NCBI GenBank assembly: GCA_950097015.1
Contig: CATNEN010000001.1
Location: forward strand, 2,480,001-2,544,000
Reading direction: 5' to 3'
Source of the DNA: Macrostomum hystrix
Lineage: Eukaryota > Animalia > Platyhelminthes
DNA: 64,000 nucleotides
A model generated the notes under the pieces. That model saw nothing but the letters and a program-made list of their open reading frames with translations, ran no database searches and had not been told where the DNA came from. Shown here piece after piece: positions 1-12,100 of the stretch (position 1 is the first letter of the stretch; every line of letters begins with the position of its first letter). The position numbers were made by a program, and so were the translations under genes.

Positions 1-75
1 ATGTATTCTACACGTTTTTCGTCTATTGAATCTTACAATAGAGATTTCATGGCCTATTTATCATCGGTATTTCAG

Positions 76-267
76 ATAACTGAGGAAGGCAAATTGCAAT
101 ACGTTAGAGAGATCCACATCTGCTTTGAGAAGGATTTAACGCCTCGCAGCTGTTCCAGAACGCCAAATTTTAAGGACAATACTCTGCTGTACGAAGATAC
201 CAGACTGTTGTATTCCGATTGTAACGAAGGCAGCGACGTTCTCTTGCCTGACGGGCTTCATCGCTGA
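76..267 (+). CDS. Terminal exon of a probable ribonuclease T2 family gene (5' part outside the window)
   Basis: Acceptor tatttcag at 75, then ITEEGKLQYVREIHICFEKDLTPRSC...C...VLLP*. This resembles the RNase T2 C-terminal pattern Q.L.EI.ICF.K.L...C. The catalytic CAS motifs are not visible in the window. Confidence 0.55.
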   Translation: MTEEGKLQYVREIHICFEKDLTPRSCSRTPNFKDNTLLYEDTRLLYSDCNEGSDVLLPDGLHR

Positions 268-1039
268 GAACGGAAAAACCCAGGAAAACCCGGAAAAAAC
301 TTTATCGGTGCTGGGACAATATATAATACCGTTTTTCAATAACTAATATAGAATATTCTAACTTTACTACTACTGGCTTCTGTAGCAAGTAGTATGAATG
401 AGGTCTTCAGAATATTCGAGTTTCTAAAATACTAGTTATTCCATATTTTTAATTAACGTTTAACTTTTTTAAAATTGGCAATTTACTCAGTACTCACGAA
501 TCTATAAGTGTTAGCCTGTATTGATTCAGTTGTTAGTTTTTTTATTTGCTGCGAGTGAACTATTCATCTCCCTTGATTAATAAAAGTTTTTACAAAAATT
601 GATTTCCGCGTCCTTATAATAGTTTTAACATGTAAATATAATGGAATGTGTACAATAATAATTCGAAATTAATATTCCCAATATTTTTATAAACACGACT
701 CGATTAAACGTGTTTATCATTTGGGTTCTCATTTACGAACATTGGGCTTGAGAGCGACTTACACCAAGAAGGGCCAACCTCCAAGGCGCAGCGGGAATGT
801 AAACTGCCTGTTATATGAGCAAGTCAGGTCGCAGATGTACACACCAGTGTGTGTGCTCACTATAGTAATATAGTATAATTATTTTTTTCAGTTAGTTCGA
901 TAAAAATGTTATTTAATTGGGTGTCATTGTACGAGTGGTTATAAAGTTCACCAATTGTGACATTGTTAATATAATTGGAGTGATAAATTCTAATTATATT
1001 GGTCAATGATCACGACAAAAAATATTAGTATTAATTAGA

Positions 1040-1296
1040 TTTGGTGACAAATAAACAGACACGCAGCTAGCTAGAGGAGGCAGTTCGGCCCATTTCGCTG
1101 ACTCCTGAGCACACACTCACGCAGGTGTGTACATCCGCCCTAACTTTCGCATAATCAGGCAGTGTACACTCTCACTGTGTCTTGGAGGTTGGTTGTCTTG
1201 GACTGTGTCAAAATGAATGTGGCCTCGCCGCGGAATCGAGCTCAGGGACCTTGTTGCGAGAGGCGAACGCGTTAAATCGCTCAGCCACTCACCCCC
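1040..1296 (-). mobile_element. SINE family A copy, reverse orientation; a partial forward copy lies at ~744-858
   Basis: Reverse complement of the family A head and body. Confidence 0.7.
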
Positions 1297-1705
1297 ATCA
1301 TAAAGAAAGATTTGAAACTCATAATGTGACATCATATCGTGCGTCCCGACCGGTAAGCGCTGTATTCGTGTCTGTCCTTTCGGAGTGCCAGGCCCGCACG
1401 GAGTACTGTAATAGTCTTAGAAGTACTGTGTGAGCAGTGAGCGTCCTAACGCCACCAGTCCCTGACTACAACAAAGCGTCCTAAAGCCTGGTTCAGTGAT
1501 CGATCATATTTTACTTAATAGGGCTGTGGGCCGGGGATCTCAAACCGACCACTGTCACTAAAGTAATTGTAGCCGAATCACATTGCGTCATTTGAAAATT
1601 GCATGAAATTTATAAATATATTTAATCACCACAGCAGTTATGTCAAGTCGCATTATGAAGTGATATAAAAATACATAAAATGAGTAAGGTAGGTGCAGTG
1701 GTATT

Positions 1706-2711
1706 TCACATGGCTAGTTTAGCTTCGAGTTCGGCATATTCAGCCTCCAATCTGGTAACCTCCTTGGCGAAATCTTCGTCCACCCTGGCCGCCTTATTGC
1801 GCACCTCCTCCATGTACTCGCGCCAGACTGACTCGCGCTGGGCGCGGCCTTCGCGTAGCACAGCTGGCAGCGGGGTGGCAGCCGAGGTTGGCACGTCGGG
1901 CGGCGGCAAGGCGGCCAGAAATAGACGCTCCCGATCAGCGATTTCGGCGCATCTGGCGGCGGTTGATAATGAATTTTGCTATTGTTAGATGCCCATTTTT
2001 GCACTAATGAGGTAGTCCCTGAGCTCGATTCCGCGGCGAGGTCACATTTATTGGAGGCTAGTCGCGCAATTTGCGCCCTTGAGGGCCAACTCTTAGGCAC
2101 AGTGAGAGTGTACACTGCCAGACGATGAGAAAGTCAGGGCAGATGTACACACCTGTGTGAGTGTGTACCTGCGTACAGTATCTGTGTGCTTGTGTGCTCA
2201 GGAGTCAGCGAAATGGGCAGATTGCAGAATTGCCTTCTCGCTGTCACCAAATAATGTGCCAGTGCCCACTGCCTCCTGCAAATATTATTCTTTTTTTCAC
2301 AGGGACCGATGAAGGCAGAGGTATATTGATGGCTGGAATGTCCGGGTTGATGCAAGGGCAATTCTTTAAGCTCCAAATGAAAAACAAAGCACATAAAAGT
2401 CACCTATTCAGTGCAGTGGCGCACGCATCTCTACAGGCGGGCAAATTAACCTGCAACAAATCCACCATGGCTGGCACAACAGTGTCAGTCAGGTTGGCAA
2501 GGTCAGCAGCAGTTTTTCCTAACACACTGGGCGCATCGTGCATGCCACCTCTTCGACCCTCCAGATTGCTCTGGAGATATGCCAGTTCGCTAGTTAGTAC
2601 ATTGTGGTGGGCAAATAGGCGATCAAATAAACGACCAGCACTGGACAATGACTGCTGCTGATGCTGATGCTGTAGCTGCAGCTGCTGCTGCAGTGTGTGC
2701 TGATGGCTTTC
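1706..2711 (-). CDS. BLOC1S5: BLOC-1 subunit 5 (Muted)-like; exons 2711-2404 and 1952-1706, start exon not located
   Basis: GRLFDRLFAHHNVLTSELAYLQSNLEGRRG resembles the Muted N-terminus (RLFDH..V..GEI.YF..EFE.KRG). RESVWREYMEEVRNKAARVDEDFAKEVTRLEAEY resembles its C-terminal coiled coil. A phase-2 GT-AG intron at 2403-1953 joins them in frame (ALNR|CAEIADRE). Confidence 0.7.
2000..2290 (+). mobile_element. SINE family A copy in the BLOC1S5 intron
   Basis: gtccctgagctcgattccgcggcgagg...gtgtgctcaggagtcagcgaaatgggcag...tcctgcaaatattatt. Confidence 0.7.
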
Positions 2712-4746
2712 CTGCAATCAGATTATATTGAGGTTAATGCATGCTTGAAAATTCACAATTTATGGTTTTAAACTCCAGACAATAGTCCTCAAGAATCAGG
2801 TTTACTTAAGAGCAAGCTAAAGATTTTACTAAAAATGTACATTTTTTATAGCTTTAGCAAATCATTTTAGTGTTAAATCTAGTTATATAATAATAGAATC
2901 ATGCCTTCTTTAAGGCACTTTGAAGAAACCAAATCTGGATGTATAGAATAAACAAAAATATGGCAGAATGTAACATTTTAAAACATTAAAATTTCACAAA
3001 ATTTCACATTATTTGATTACGAGTATTAGAACATTCAAATGTTGGGTAAAATATGCTAAGATAGATATTATTTTTAGTTCATAGTGTTAATGTTAAAAAG
3101 ACAAAATAATTCAAGCTGAAATGGGAGTTCAGTTAAGAACTTTTTTTGTAAATGTATACTTTGAAATTATTCTTAACTAGGTTTAAACATGTTGAATAAG
3201 ATTAAAATAGCAAAAAAAACTGTGTGCCAAAAAACAAACATGTTTACATTTTACAAACGTGGAAATAAAACGATAGTTTGTTATCGATTTTAGATAATAA
3301 TATCTAATGATCGACCTTAGTCATAAATTGCATCGGATTTTTGTCAGAAATAAAACATCGAATAATTAAAATTAATAGGAATAGCAATGTAGTTTTCGAA
3401 ATAGAGGTTTTCACCCTGTCCCTTTATTACAATAGTACAGTTGCTGCTCTAATATCGTGAAATTTTTAACGGGAATAGACGAATTTCGAATTACTTTTTT
3501 CTTTGGTACTTTTTACTACTCCACACTTGCTTAAACATAACTTATAATACTTTTTATCAGTCATATTTTGTCGCTTTCTATTCATTTTCTTAGAATTTAC
3601 ATTTATCGGAGAACATTCAAAATATGATCAGCATAAATGAATTGAATAATCAAAAAGAAAGATAATGTTTCTTTGTTTTATATTTTATATATAAAGTTAA
3701 ACGAGTGCTAATATAAAAAAATTATTTTATATATTATTTTATTACATTATCGGCAAGTAACTTTTGGCTAATATTTTTGACTTTCACCAAATGCTCATTG
3801 CTCATAAAATTTCCTTGATCAGAACCATGGAGCCAAAATGGAAACTGAATAAGGACCATTACAAGCTGTCTGTTTGTCCAATCTTTACACTGGCAGAACC
3901 AGCTGCCAGAAGTGAGTAAGAATATAACAGCGATAAGCTATAACCCCAACGTACTTCAAAAGAACTAGTATAGCGCGGCTCCTAAAGGCCAGCGATTGCC
4001 TTGCTTAATTAATGCAAAAAAATTACAGTTTCATGCTTTCTATTTCTAAATCATGATTTTATACGAAAATTATTGTAATTATGAAATTTACAAAACTCGA
4101 TTTTGTCTCGATCACATCAGCATATTTAATTTCTCTCCTTTCTATCTCGGTTCTCAATTTCTAAGTAAATAAGCTATAGTGTGCAAGTAGCTATCCCGGC
4201 CATATGCAGTTCGCATTCGCATTCAAGTATGCGTCCTGTGTGTTTATATTTTTAATATAAGCGATGCTGCAGGGAATATGACGTGCCACGGCAGGCTTTT
4301 ATTATCAGACACGCGGATATGCAATTTTATTCACAATGTGCAGCTACTTTCAAAGCAGCCTAACATCTTGTGAGATATACTTAAAATTCTTCTTGGTGCG
4401 TATCTGTATACCTCGTAGAAATACATTGTGCATCATGTGTGCAAACACTTCTTCATTTTTAACCCATGGCAGCTAGTATTTGAACTGGCGCGAAGAAGGA
4501 GCAAAATTAGGAAAGCTGCAATTATATTGCGACACAGTTATACTTTTATAAGCATATCGTTCGATCCTATTTATAGATACTTTTAGCATCTAAAATATAT
4601 ATATAGATGAACTCGTGTAAATATATTTAAGTATATGATAGGCTGATTCACAGACTTTTACATATAGCACGTCACTATATTGCTTCTACGAGAATATTCG
4701 TATGACCGTATCTGCTATTTGGTAATACGGATCTCTGACAATAGTC

Positions 4747-5943
4747 ATGCAAACTGTTAGCTTCGTCCCAAGTTTGGCCCTACTACTAATCCTCGGCTTG
4801 TTGACTTGGTGGGTTGTGGAATCTCGACAGGCTGACGTAAAGCTAACAGAGATTCTGGCATCGATGTCCATGAAAGCGGATGACAGCTTTGACGTCGGTG
4901 AGAACAGCATGAGCCTGGACGCGCGGGGTCAGATGTCAACCGGACCATCAGCTGCTCTGCTCTACTGCCTGTGCCAGATTGAATCTGTATGCAACGCCAC
5001 TATTGGGTGTCACAAGGACCCCGTGACGTTGTCCTGCGGCCCACTGCAGATTAAAAATGCCTACTGGAAGGACGCTGTTCAGTTTGCTGGTAAACCAATT
5101 GGAAAAGGTAACAAAACACAGTGATTAATTTCATGGTAGACGTACGACAAAAAATATTTTTGCATTTTTTAATCAGCAATACATTACAATGCATGTTTTC
5201 GCATTGTTTTTTTAAACAATGTAAATGATTATCGGATTTAAAAATGCAGGCCAAATAATATCTTCATGCTTGATTTAGAATTTTCGGCATTTAGGGGGAT
5301 GTACCATATCAAACTGATGGTATGCTAGGCTAAAATTACCGGCGGGGTGATTAAAGTGACTTGAAGTCGAGGGTCGGGGGTTCGATTCTCAATTAGCAAG
5401 ACACTGAAACTCTGCATCGATTTAGTACACGCAGCTGTTAAATGGATACGAGCATCATCTCGGGGAAAGTGTGACACCCAGTCCATGGACTGAACAGCCG
5501 TACGCAGCCTTCAGATGCGCGACGCAATAGCTGCGGTATGATCAGTGCAAGTAGTTTGCGAACCTTGAAACTATATCGGGCTCTGCCTCGCGGAGAAAAG
5601 GCTTGTTCGAAGGCTTTTACATCGAATATACTAAAATCTCTCTCATACAACAGACTGGCTGACTTGCACAACTGGAGCTCGCAGTATCCAATGCTCCTGG
5701 CAGACCGTGCTCTACTATATGGCCAGGTATGCTCAACGTTGCACTGGTTCTAGAAAGCCGACTGACGAGGTAAGCACAGAAATTATTGAAAAAAAACATG
5801 ATTATAAAAACTTAACAAATGTTTTATAACAACACCCTAACTTGCAGGACTATGCCAGAGTGCACAATGGCGGACCTATGGGTTGTACTAATCCGAAAAC
5901 AGTTGTCTACTGGAACAAGGTGAAGGCTTGCATGCTGGCCTAG
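4747..5943 (+). CDS. Invertebrate (i-type/destabilase) lysozyme, copy 1; exons 4747-5107, 5654-5769, 5848-5943
   Basis: Signal peptide, then CLCQIESVC...GCHKD...SCGPLQIKNAYWKDA | DWLTC...CS...YMARY | DYARVHNGGPMGC...YWNKVKAC*. Muramidase Glu/Asp and isopeptidase Ser/His positions are present. GT-AG introns are phase-compatible. Confidence 0.93.
5345..5520 (+). mobile_element. SINE family B copy in lysozyme-1 intron 1
   Basis: ggttcgattctc...cagctgttaaatggatac...cccagtccatggactgaacagccgtacgcagccttcagatg, shared with 55845-56030. Confidence 0.6.
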
Positions 5944-6259
5944 GCATGCCATCTTGCTCTGAAACTAGCCAAAAATATAACCGGATAGACAAAATCAACT
6001 GTTAAATTATTAAATACGCGTTTTATTGCCACCAAACTTTTATTGGTCTGTTTAGCTTCTTGAATATTTAAACGAATCCATGTACAAGAAAATATACAAA
6101 ACCAAGACGACTTTTCAGAAGAAAAAGTCAGTGTAATTTTAAGTTAATCAGCTAAATTTACATTGACAAGACACTTCAATGGACTCAACTTAATTTTTTT
6201 CAGATTCAACTTCAGAAAACTTTGACTTTAAAATTTCAGTAGACTAGCTACTTCCTCTA

Positions 6260-8862
6260 TACCCCAGTTGATTCAGTAGATTCCTACCCAATCTACTCCA
6301 GCTGATTCAGTAGATTCCTACCCAATCTACCCCAGCTGATTCAGTAGATTCCTACCCAATCTACCCCAGCTGATTCAGTAGATTCCCACCCAATCTACCC
6401 CAACTGATTCAGTAGATTCCTACCCAATCTACCCCAACTGATTCAGTAGATTCCTACCCAATCTACCCCAGCTGATTCAGTAGATTCCTACCCAATCTAC
6501 CCCAGCTGATTCAGTAGATTCCTACCCAATCTACCCCAGCTGATTCAGTAGATTCCTACCCAATCTACCCCAGCTGATTCAGTAGATTCCTACCCAATCT
6601 ACCCCAGCTGATTCAGTAGATTCCTACCCAATCTACCCCAGCTGATTCAGTAGATTCCCACCCAATCTACCCCAGCTGATTCAGTAGATTCCTACCCAAT
6701 CTACCCCAGCTGATTCATTAGATTCCCACCCAATCTACCCCAGCTGATTCAGTAGATTCCTACCCAATCTACCCCAGCTGATTCAGTAGATTCCTACCCA
6801 ATCTACCCCAGCTGATTCAGTAGATTCCTACCCAATCTACCCCAGCTGATTCAGTAGATTCCTACCCAATCTACCCCAGCTGATTCAGTAGATTCCTACC
6901 CAATCTACCCCAGCTGATTCAGTAGATTCCCACCCAATCTACCCCAGCTGATTCAGTAGATTCCTACCCAATCTACCCCAGCTGATTCAGTAGATTCCTA
7001 CCCAATCTACCCCAGCTGATTCAGTAGATTCCTACCCAATCTACCCCAGCTGATTCAGTAGATTCCTACCCAATCTACCCCAGCTGATTCAGTAGATTCC
7101 TACCCAATCTACTCCAACTGATTCAGTAGATTCCTACCCAATCTACCCCAGCTGATTCAGTAGATTCCTACCCAATCTACCCCAGCTGATTCAGTAGATT
7201 CCTACCCAATCTACCCCAGCTGATTCAGTAGATTCCCACCCAATCTACCCCAGCTGATTCAGTAGATTCCCACCCAATCTACCCCAGCTGATTCAGTAGA
7301 TTCCCACCCAATCTACCCCAGCTGATTCAGTAGATTCCTACCCAATCTACCCCAGCTGATTCAGTAGATTCCTACCCAATCTACCCCAGCTGATTCAGTA
7401 GATTCCTACCCAATCTACCCCAGCTGATTCAGTAGATTCCTACCCAATCTACCCCAGCTGATTCAGTAGATTCCTACCCAATCTACCCCAGCTGATTCAG
7501 TAGATTCCTACCCAATCTACCCCAGCTGATTCAGTAGATTCCTACCCAATCTACCCCAGCTGATTCAGTAGATTCCCACCCAATCTACCCCAGCTGATTC
7601 AGTAGATTCCTACCCAATCTACCCCAGCTGATTCAGTAGATTCCTACCCAATCTACCCCAGCTGATTCAGTAGATTCCTACCCAATCTACCCCAGCTGAT
7701 TCAGTAGATTCCTACCCAATCTACCCCAGCTGATTCAGTAGATTCCTACCCAATCTACTCCAACTGATTCAGTAGATTCCTACCCAATCTACCCCAGCTG
7801 ATTCAGTAGATTCCTACCCAATCTACCCCAGCTGATTCAGTAGATTCCTACCCAATCTACCCCAGCTGATTCAGTAGATTCCCACCCAATCTACCCCAGC
7901 TGATTCAGTAGATTCCCACCCAATCTACCCCAGCTGATTCAGTAGATTCCCACCCAATCTACCCCAGCTGATTCAGTGGATTCCTACCCAATCTACCCCA
8001 GCTGATTCAGTAGATTCCTACCCAATCTACCCCAGCTGATTCAGTAGATTCCTACCCAATCTACCCCAGCTGATTCAGTAGATTCCCACCCAATCTACCC
8101 CAGCTGATTCAGTAGATTCCTACCCAATCTACCCCAGCTGATTCAGTAGATTCCCACCCAATCTACCCCAGCTGATTCAGTAGATTCCTACCCAATCTAC
8201 CCCAGCTGATTCAGTAGATTCCTACCCAATCTACCCCAGCTGATTCAGTAGATTCCTACCCAATCTACCCCAGCTGATTCAGTAGATTCCTACCCAATCT
8301 ACCCCAGCTGATTCAGTAGATTCCTACCCAATCTACCCCAGCTGATTCAGTAGATTCCTACCCAATCTACCCCAGCTGATTCAGTAGATTCCTACCCAAT
8401 CTACCCCAGCTGATTCAGTAGATTCCTACCCAATCTACCCCAGCTGATTCAGTAGATTCCTACCCAATCTACCCCAGCTGATTCAGTAGATTCCCACCCA
8501 ATCTACCCCAGCTGATTCAGTAGATTCCTACCCAATCTACCCCAGCTGATTCAGTAGATTCCTACCCAATCTACCCCAGCTGATTCAGTAGATTCCTACC
8601 CAATCTACCCCAGCTGATTCAGTAGATTCCCACCCAATCTACCCCAGCTGATTCAGTAGATTCCTACCCAATCTACCCCAGCTGATTCAGTAGATTCCTA
8701 CCCAATCTACCCCAGCTGATTCAGTAGATTCCCACCCAATCTACCCCAGCTGATTCAGTAGATTCCCACCCAATCTACCCCAGCTGATTCAGTAGATTCC
8801 TACCCAATCTACCCCAGCTGATTCAGTAGATTCCTACCCAATCTACCCCAGCTGATTCAGTA
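6260..8862. repeat. 34-bp minisatellite, ~76 copies, between the two lysozyme genes
   Basis: Unit ccccagctgattcagtagattcctacccaatcta. Confidence 0.97.
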
Positions 8863-9101
8863 GGGACAAACTGAGTGTTTGCGTGTCATTCATATTTATA
8901 GCGCGCAGAATTCTGTCGGCCCAATAGTTTCGGATAACATCGAAAGATAAATAACTGTTAAATTGGTCCCTTACGAAATTTGTCGTTTAGAAAATGTATT
9001 TATATAAACTGTTTTACTGTAAGTTCTGATGGGCATGAAAATTTATTATCCGAATTTCGACAAGATTGTTCTGAAACCTTCTGCCTTGATTTGGCAATAG
9101 A

Positions 9102-12100
9102 ATGAGATTCTGTTTTCTGCTTCTGCCAATTTCTGTAGTTCTGCTAATAGTCTGTTCGAGTTTTTCCTATTCTCGAATGCATGGACTGCCCCATTGCGAG
9201 TGCTCTACAACTGCTGCCATGCTGCCAATGTACTTGTCACGTAAGTAATTCAACTTACAATAAGACTCTGTGGTTGATCATCTCAGGTCAATCTTTGATC
9301 ATCTTAGGTCAATATTTGATCAGTTTAGGTCAATATTTGATCAGTTTAGGTCAATCTTTGATCATCTTAGGTCAATCTTTGATCATCTTAGGTCAATATT
9401 TGATCAGTTTAGGTCAATATTTGATCAGTTTAGGTCAATATTTGATCAGTTTAGGTCAATCTTTGATCATCTTAGGTCAATAGTTGATCATCTTAGGTCA
9501 ATCTTTGATCATCTTAGGTCAATAGTTGATCATCTTAGGTCAATCTTTGATCATCTTAGGTCAATATTTGATCATCTTAGGTCAATATTTGATCAGTTTA
9601 GGTCAATCTTTGATCATCTTAGGTCAATCTTTGATCATCTTAGGTCAATATTTGATCAGTTTAGGTCAATATTTGATCAGTTTAGGTCAATATTTGATCA
9701 GTTTAGGTCAATATTTGATCAGTTTAGGTCAATCTTTGATCATCTTAGGTCAATATTTGATCATCTTAGGTCAATAGTTGATCATCTTAGGTCAATCTTT
9801 GATCATCTTAGGTCAATAGTTGATCATCTTAGGTCAATCTTTGATCATCTTAGGTCAATATTTGATCATCTTAGGTCAATATTTGATCAGTTTAGGTCAA
9901 TATTTGATCAGTTTAGGTCAATATTTGATCATCTTAGGTCAATCTTTGATCATCTTAGGTCAATCTTTGATCATCTTAGGTCAATCTTTGATCATCTTAG
10001 GTCAATATTTGATCAGTTTAGGTCAATATTTGATCAGTTTAGGTCAATCTTTGATCATCTTAGGTCAATCTTTGATCATCTTAGGTCAATATTTGATCAG
10101 TTTAGGTCAATATTTGATCAGTTTAGGTCAATATTTGATCATCTTAGGTCAATCTTTGATCATCTTAGGTCAATATTTGATCAGTTTAGGTCAATATTTG
10201 ATCAGTTTAGGTCAATCTTTGATCATCTTAGGTCAATCTTTGATCAGTTTAGGTCAATATTTGATCAGTTTAGGTCAATATTTGATCAGTTTAGGTCAAT
10301 CTTTGATCATCTAAGGTCAATCTTTGATCATTTTAGGTCAATCTTTGATTATCTTAGGTCAATATTTGATCAGTTTAGGTCAATATTTGATCAGTTTAGG
10401 TCAATCTTTGATCATCTTAGGTCAATCTTTGATCATCTTAGGTCAATATTTGATCAGTTTAGGTCAATATTTGATCAGTTTAGGTCAATATTTGATCATC
10501 TTAGGTCAATCTTTGATCATCTTAGGTCAATATTTGATCAGTTTAGGTCAATATTTGATCAGTTTAGGTCAATCTTTGATCATCTTAGGTCAATCTTTGA
10601 TCAGTTTAGGTCAATATTTGATCAGTTTAGGTCAATATTTGATCAGTTTAGGTCAATCTTTGATCATCTAAGGTCAATCTTTGATCATTTTAGGTCAATC
10701 TTTGATTATCTTAGATACTTAGCTGATCATCCTAGATTATTAGCTGATCATCTGAGATCATTAGTTGATCATCTGAGATCATTAGCTGATCATCTGAGAT
10801 CATTAGCTGATCATCTGAGATCATTAGCTGATCATCTGAGATCATTAGCTGATCATCTGAGATCATTAGCTGATCATCTGAGATCATTAGCTGATCATCT
10901 GAGATCATTAGCTGATCATCTGAGATCATTAGCTGATCATCTGAGATCATTAGCTGATCATCTGAGATCATTAGCTGATCATCTGAGATCATTAGCTGAT
11001 CATCTTAGATCATTAGCTGATCATCTGAGATCATTAGCTGATCGTATTAGATCATTAGCTGATCATATTAGATTATTAGCTGATCATCTTAGATCATTAG
11101 CTGATCGTATTAGATCATTAGCTGATCATATTAGATTATTAGCTGATCATCTTAGATCATTAGCTGATCGTATTAGATCATTAGCTGATCATCTTAGATC
11201 ATCAGCTGATCGTATTAGATCATTAGCTGATCATCTTAGATCATTAGCTGATCGTATTAGATCATTAGCTGATCATATTAGATCATTAGCTGATCGTATT
11301 AGATCATTAGCTGATCATCTGAGATCATTAGCTGATCATCTTAGATCATTAGCTGATCATATTAGATCATTAGCTGATCATATTAGATCATTAGCTGATC
11401 ATATTAGATCATTAGCTGATCGTATTAGATCATTAGCTGATCGTATTAGATCATTAGCTGATCATCTTAGATCATTAGCTGATCAAATTAGATCATTAGC
11501 TGATCGTATTAGATCATTAGCTGATCATCTGAGATCATTAGCTGATCATCTTAGATCATTAGCTGATCATATTAGATCATTAGCTGATCATATTAGATCA
11601 TTAGCTGATAATATTAGATAATTAGCTGATCATCTTAGATCATTAGCTGATCGTATTAGAACATTAACTGATCATATTAGATCATTAGCTGATCAAATTA
11701 GATCATTAGCTGATCGTATTAGATAATTAGCTGATCACATTAGATAATTAGCTGATCTTCTTAGATCATTAGCTGATCGTATTAGATCATTAGCTGATAA
11801 TATTAGATAATTAGCTGATCATCTTAGATCATTAGCTGATCGTATTAGATCATTAGCTGAATATATTACATATTTAGCTGATCAGATTAGATCAGATATT
11901 TGGGTCAATACAGTTCTGTTTATCCCATTTTTCCAATCAAATGTTTGTCAGCTTGCGGTAGAAAACTGGGCAGCTTCCACTGCCGAGGCAATCGAGTTCG
12001 ATTACTGAGCAGATTTCGGAGAAGCCACGCCTGCGGTCGGCGCTGGATTCGGCTCATTCTTAGAAACACTCGAATGCACTTTTGGACAACTGAGAACGAG

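Noticed and set aside
3960-4005. Possible Helitron 3' end (hairpin plus CTAG on the minus strand)
   Set aside because: A single short motif with no identifiable 5' end or second copy in the window.
6260-8862. 34-bp partly palindromic repeats as a CRISPR array
   Set aside because: Units are head-to-tail with no unique spacers, there are no cas genes, and the context is eukaryotic.
9270-11621. 783-aa heptad-repeat ORF (DHLRSIF)n
   Set aside because: Translation of a 21-bp minisatellite lying between a gtaagt donor (9241) and an acceptor (11951) of lysozyme 2. No ATG start and no unique sequence.
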